A stretch of DNA of 51,684 nt from contig JBLIRO010000036.1 of NCBI GenBank assembly GCA_049472335.1, positions 1 to 51,684 on the forward strand, in the 5' to 3' direction. A program made the translations under genes and the position numbers. Shown in pieces: positions 48,845 to 51,684 of this stretch (position 1 is its first letter; each line of letters opens with the position of its first letter). The stretch comes from a bacterium (GTDB taxonomy: Bacteria > SZUA-182 > DTGQ01 > JAFGSM01). Below the pieces are notes generated by a model. The model was not told the DNA's origin, did no database searches, and saw only the letters and a list, made by a program, of their open reading frames with translations.

Positions 48845-50215
48845 TTGGCAACACCCTTGGGAAAGATATTAGTGGTTGATGATGACAGCAACCTTCTAGA
48901 GGTGCTTAAGATGAGACTTGAATCTGCAAAATATGAAGTCGTTAGCGCCCTGAGAGAAGAGGATGCTATAAATGCAGTCAAGAATCAGACCTTTGACCTG
49001 TCCATTCTTGATCTGCAGCTTGACGATCATGACGGGATATCGCTTATGGAGGATATTCATAGAATAAGCCCTGATATCCCTATAATCATTCTCACCGCAT
49101 ACGGAAGCATTGAAAGTGCTGTGGAAGCGATAAAAAGAGGGGCCTACAACTATCTCACCAAGCCCTTCGATCATATAGATCTGCTTATCCAGATTGAAAA
49201 GGCGCTTGAAAACAGAAAACTAATTTCTGAAATCAAGAGACTCAAAGGACTTTTGGAAAAGAAATACGATTTCGCGAATATCATAGCATCGAGTGAAAAG
49301 ATGCAGAGGATATTAGCTCAAGTATCACTCATTGCCAAAATCGAATCCACAATATTTATTTATGGTGAAAGCGGCACAGGCAAAGAGATTATTGCCAGGG
49401 CGATTCATCTCGGTAGCAACAGGAAAGACAAGCCCTTTGTTGCGATAAACTGTGCCGCCCTTCCGGAAAGCCTTCTTGAAAGCGAGCTTTTTGGTTATGA
49501 AAAAGGCGCTTTTACAGGGGCGTTACAGAATAAAAAAGGTCTTTTCACTCAGGCTCATGAAGGGACTATCTTTCTGGATGAGGTAGCGGATATGCCACTT
49601 TCTCTCCAGAGCAAGATACTCAGGGTGCTGCAGGAGATGCAATTCTATCCCGTGGGCAGCAAAGAACCGATTGAAGTAGATGTCCGGGTAATCGTGGCCA
49701 CCAATAAGGACCTGAAAAAGGAGATCAAAGAGGGACGATTCCGTGAAGATCTATTTTACAGGATTCATGTTATACCGATTAATTTACCCCCTTTAAGAGA
49801 AAGAAAGGAAGATATCCCTCCCCTGGTGGAACATTTCCTGAAAAAATTCAATAAAAAGATGGGGAAAAATGTCAAAGGTCTGTCTCCCCTGGCAATGCAA
49901 AGGCTTATGATACATGATTGGCCCGGCAATGTGCGCGAGTTGGAAAATACCATCGAGTTTGCAATGGCAATGACACAACAAAATGTCATAACCGATGATC
50001 TTATCTTACAAACGAGCGGCCGGCCAACCGAACAAATAAAATCCTTGAGAGAGGCCAAGGCGGCCTTTGAAAAAAGCTATCTCATTTACCTTCTTGAGAT
50101 TACAAAAGGGAACGTGAGCAAGGCATCGGAGCTTGCCGGTAAATACCGGGCTGATTTCTATAGCCTGCTGAAAAAGTACAAATTAACTCCGAACAACTAC
50201 AAGAAAAATTTGTAA
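48845..50215 (+). CDS. Sigma54-dependent response regulator, GlrR/QseF-like
   Basis: Receiver domain, GESGTGKE, ESELFGYEKGAFTGA, WPGNVRELEN, C-terminal GNVSKASELAGKYRADFYSLL. Confidence 0.93.
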   Translation: MATPLGKILVVDDDSNLLEVLKMRLESAKYEVVSALREEDAINAVKNQTFDLSILDLQLDDHDGISLMEDIHRISPDIPIIILTAYGSIESAVEAIKRGAYNYLTKPFDHIDLLIQIEKALENRKLISEIKRLKGLLEKKYDFANIIASSEKMQRILAQVSLIAKIESTIFIYGESGTGKEIIARAIHLGSNRKDKPFVAINCAALPESLLESELFGYEKGAFTGALQNKKGLFTQAHEGTIFLDEVADMPLSLQSKILRVLQEMQFYPVGSKEPIEVDVRVIVATNKDLKKEIKEGRFREDLFYRIHVIPINLPPLRERKEDIPPLVEHFLKKFNKKMGKNVKGLSPLAMQRLMIHDWPGNVRELENTIEFAMAMTQQNVITDDLILQTSGRPTEQIKSLREAKAAFEKSYLIYLLEITKGNVSKASELAGKYRADFYSLLKKYKLTPNNYKKNL

Positions 50216-50281
50216 AAAAATAATATAAAAAATGATCTTCTTGGATAATAATTAGGATATTAATATTATTAGTCTATTACC

Positions 50282-50381
50282 TGTTTGAAAAATCATACAA
50301 AGCTAACTCATTATAATTTATATATAAATTCACATCCTTTTATCTCTATTTGTTAATAGTTGATATAGGAAAATTCATACA
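50282..50381. promoter_or_regulatory. Two candidate enhancer (UAS) sites
   Basis: 18-mers tgtttgaaaaatcataca (50282-50299, TGT-N12-ACA) and tataggaaaattcataca (50364-50381). Confidence 0.45.
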
Positions 50382-50466
50382 AAATTCATTCTTCAATAAA
50401 TAAATATTTGAGATTTTTTTATAAAAAATCATTAATTTCAAACAATTAATAAAAGAGGCAGATTCC

Positions 50467-50482
50467 AGGCATATATTTTGCT
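50467..50482 (+). promoter_or_regulatory. Candidate sigma54 (-24/-12) promoter
   Basis: AGGCATATATTTTGCT = GG-N10-GC, immediately downstream of a sigma54 activator gene. Confidence 0.6.
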
Positions 50483-50552
50483 TTTAATGCCTTAAAATTT
50501 TTCACGATCTTGTAACATTTATTTGTTCAAAATCGGACTCTCTTTTTTAATC

Positions 50553-50652
50553 TTAGCCATGTCAGGGCTTGAAATATTGAGAGCGAGCTTAAAAATAATT
50601 GTAAATAAATTTTTCCCTTTGTTGTCAATATATCAAGATCTGACATGGCTAA
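50553..50652. repeat. 28-bp inverted repeat (25/28 complementary) with a 44-nt spacer
   Basis: ttagccatgtcagggcttgaaatattga (50553-50580) / tcaatatatcaagatctgacatggctaa (50625-50652). Confidence 0.85.
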
Positions 50653-50924
50653 AATCTATTTAAAACAACTAGAATATTTTATGATTTTTATATATAATTT
50701 TAATTTAATAGATAAATTATTCAACAAGTTAAATAAACTGCATAAGATTTAAATTTTTATAAGCGTCTTTTTCTATTTGGACTAAAGTCAGAATTTATTC
50801 CATATAGGAGAAAAAAGATGTAATAGATTTTTAAATATTATCCTTTTTATAATAATTTTTCATACTCTTGTTAAAACAGAATATATAAAAACAGCTACGT
50901 ACTTTTGGAAGGAGACACACATTC

Positions 50925-51684
50925 ATGTTAAACTTTCACAATTCAACTCGTTTTCACATCCAGATTTTCAGATTAAAAGTTATTTTTTTAATCATTCTTA
51001 TATTTTCTCTTTTTATAATTCCCCAAAATGTCCATTCAGTTATTTTTGAACTAGACTGGGATTTTCCAGAAGAATTACAGTCACAAATTATTGGCTACAG
51101 GGTCTTTTTCCGTAAGAAAGGAGAAGATTATAATATAGAAAATAATGTGCAAGAATTTTCTGCCCTATATGATACAAACTGTTCCATTACTCTCCCGGGT
51201 GACGATCCCAATTACTGTTTTTCGATAACGGCCTTTTATGGCCCAGGTAATGAAAGTCCCAAATCCAATGAAGATTGTTATGACCCGAATTCACTATTTT
51301 TATTACCCCCTGTTGACGATACCATTATGGATTGCACTATTTATGAAGATGCAGAAGATGGATATACAACAGGATGGATCATTTATGACAAAGATCCTTC
51401 AGGTGCTTCTATCAGCAATGTTTACGATAATGATCGTCAAAGCCGTGTTATTGAGCTTTCACGTGTATATAGAGACTATAATTACCTCTTACAAAAATCA
51501 GACGGGAGCAAGTGGAATAATTCGAGTCAATTTATAGCTAAATGGAGCATGAAGTATTCCATGTATTTTATAATTTACTTTAATGTTACAACAACAACAG
51601 GAGATAAATCTCTTTTCTATACGCCGGATGATTTTGATGCACTTGGATTGGGGAATTATATTCATAACGGTCTGGGCTCAGATG
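50925..51684 (+). CDS. Secreted protein with an N-terminal fibronectin type III-like domain; runs off the window end
   Basis: Absent from the ORF track. RBS aaggag, ATG 50925, signal peptide, then LDWD...IIGYRVF...YCFSITAFY...NES..SNE, then YEDAEDG. Open to 51684. Confidence 0.82.
   Translation, partial: MLNFHNSTRFHIQIFRLKVIFLIILIFSLFIIPQNVHSVIFELDWDFPEELQSQIIGYRVFFRKKGEDYNIENNVQEFSALYDTNCSITLPGDDPNYCFSITAFYGPGNESPKSNEDCYDPNSLFLLPPVDDTIMDCTIYEDAEDGYTTGWIIYDKDPSGASISNVYDNDRQSRVIELSRVYRDYNYLLQKSDGSKWNNSSQFIAKWSMKYSMYFIIYFNVTTTTGDKSLFYTPDDFDALGLGNYIHNGLGSD

Noticed and set aside
50806..50826. RBS-like AGGAG followed by ATG-TAA-TAG (start-stop element)
   Set aside because: Easily arises by chance in AT-rich DNA; no independent support.
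51238..51537. 99-aa ORF in the track
   Set aside because: It lies out of frame within the longer FN3-like ORF starting at 50925.

Overview
Chromosomal window from an AT-rich, probably anaerobic diderm bacterium. No rRNA, tRNA, CRISPR array, transposase or integrase was seen. From the start it carries: a truncated CHAT-STAND NTPase-TPR (NLR-like) gene missing from the ORF track; a four-helix-bundle gene flanked by inverted heptamer arrays and tandem duplications; a minor type IV pilin cluster; argA and a 2-oxoacid:ferredoxin oxidoreductase operon; four signalling genes; recN, nadK and small conserved genes; a block of secreted proteins with nearly charge-free low-complexity regions; PilZ, adenylate cyclase and receiver genes; a paaK-ACT-liv-paaK operon; and a GlrK/QseG/GlrR-like triad followed by a sigma54 promoter and a long non-coding hairpin. 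The best candidate for a new system is the co-oriented minus-strand cluster at 31005-37453. It comprises an unannotated 36-aa peptide with a near-perfect RBS (MKTRTSLKCGEWVNYPRGWSCNTETGMCIKDLYTPF), two paralogous membrane proteins with DUF4350/GIFT-like domains (one with an exosortase-like segment), and a secreted protein ending in tandem TGGWGCGGT[LM]STC repeats. The peptide and the repeats share the motif G-W-x-C-x6-C. All family assignments were made by eye from motifs; no database searches were run.
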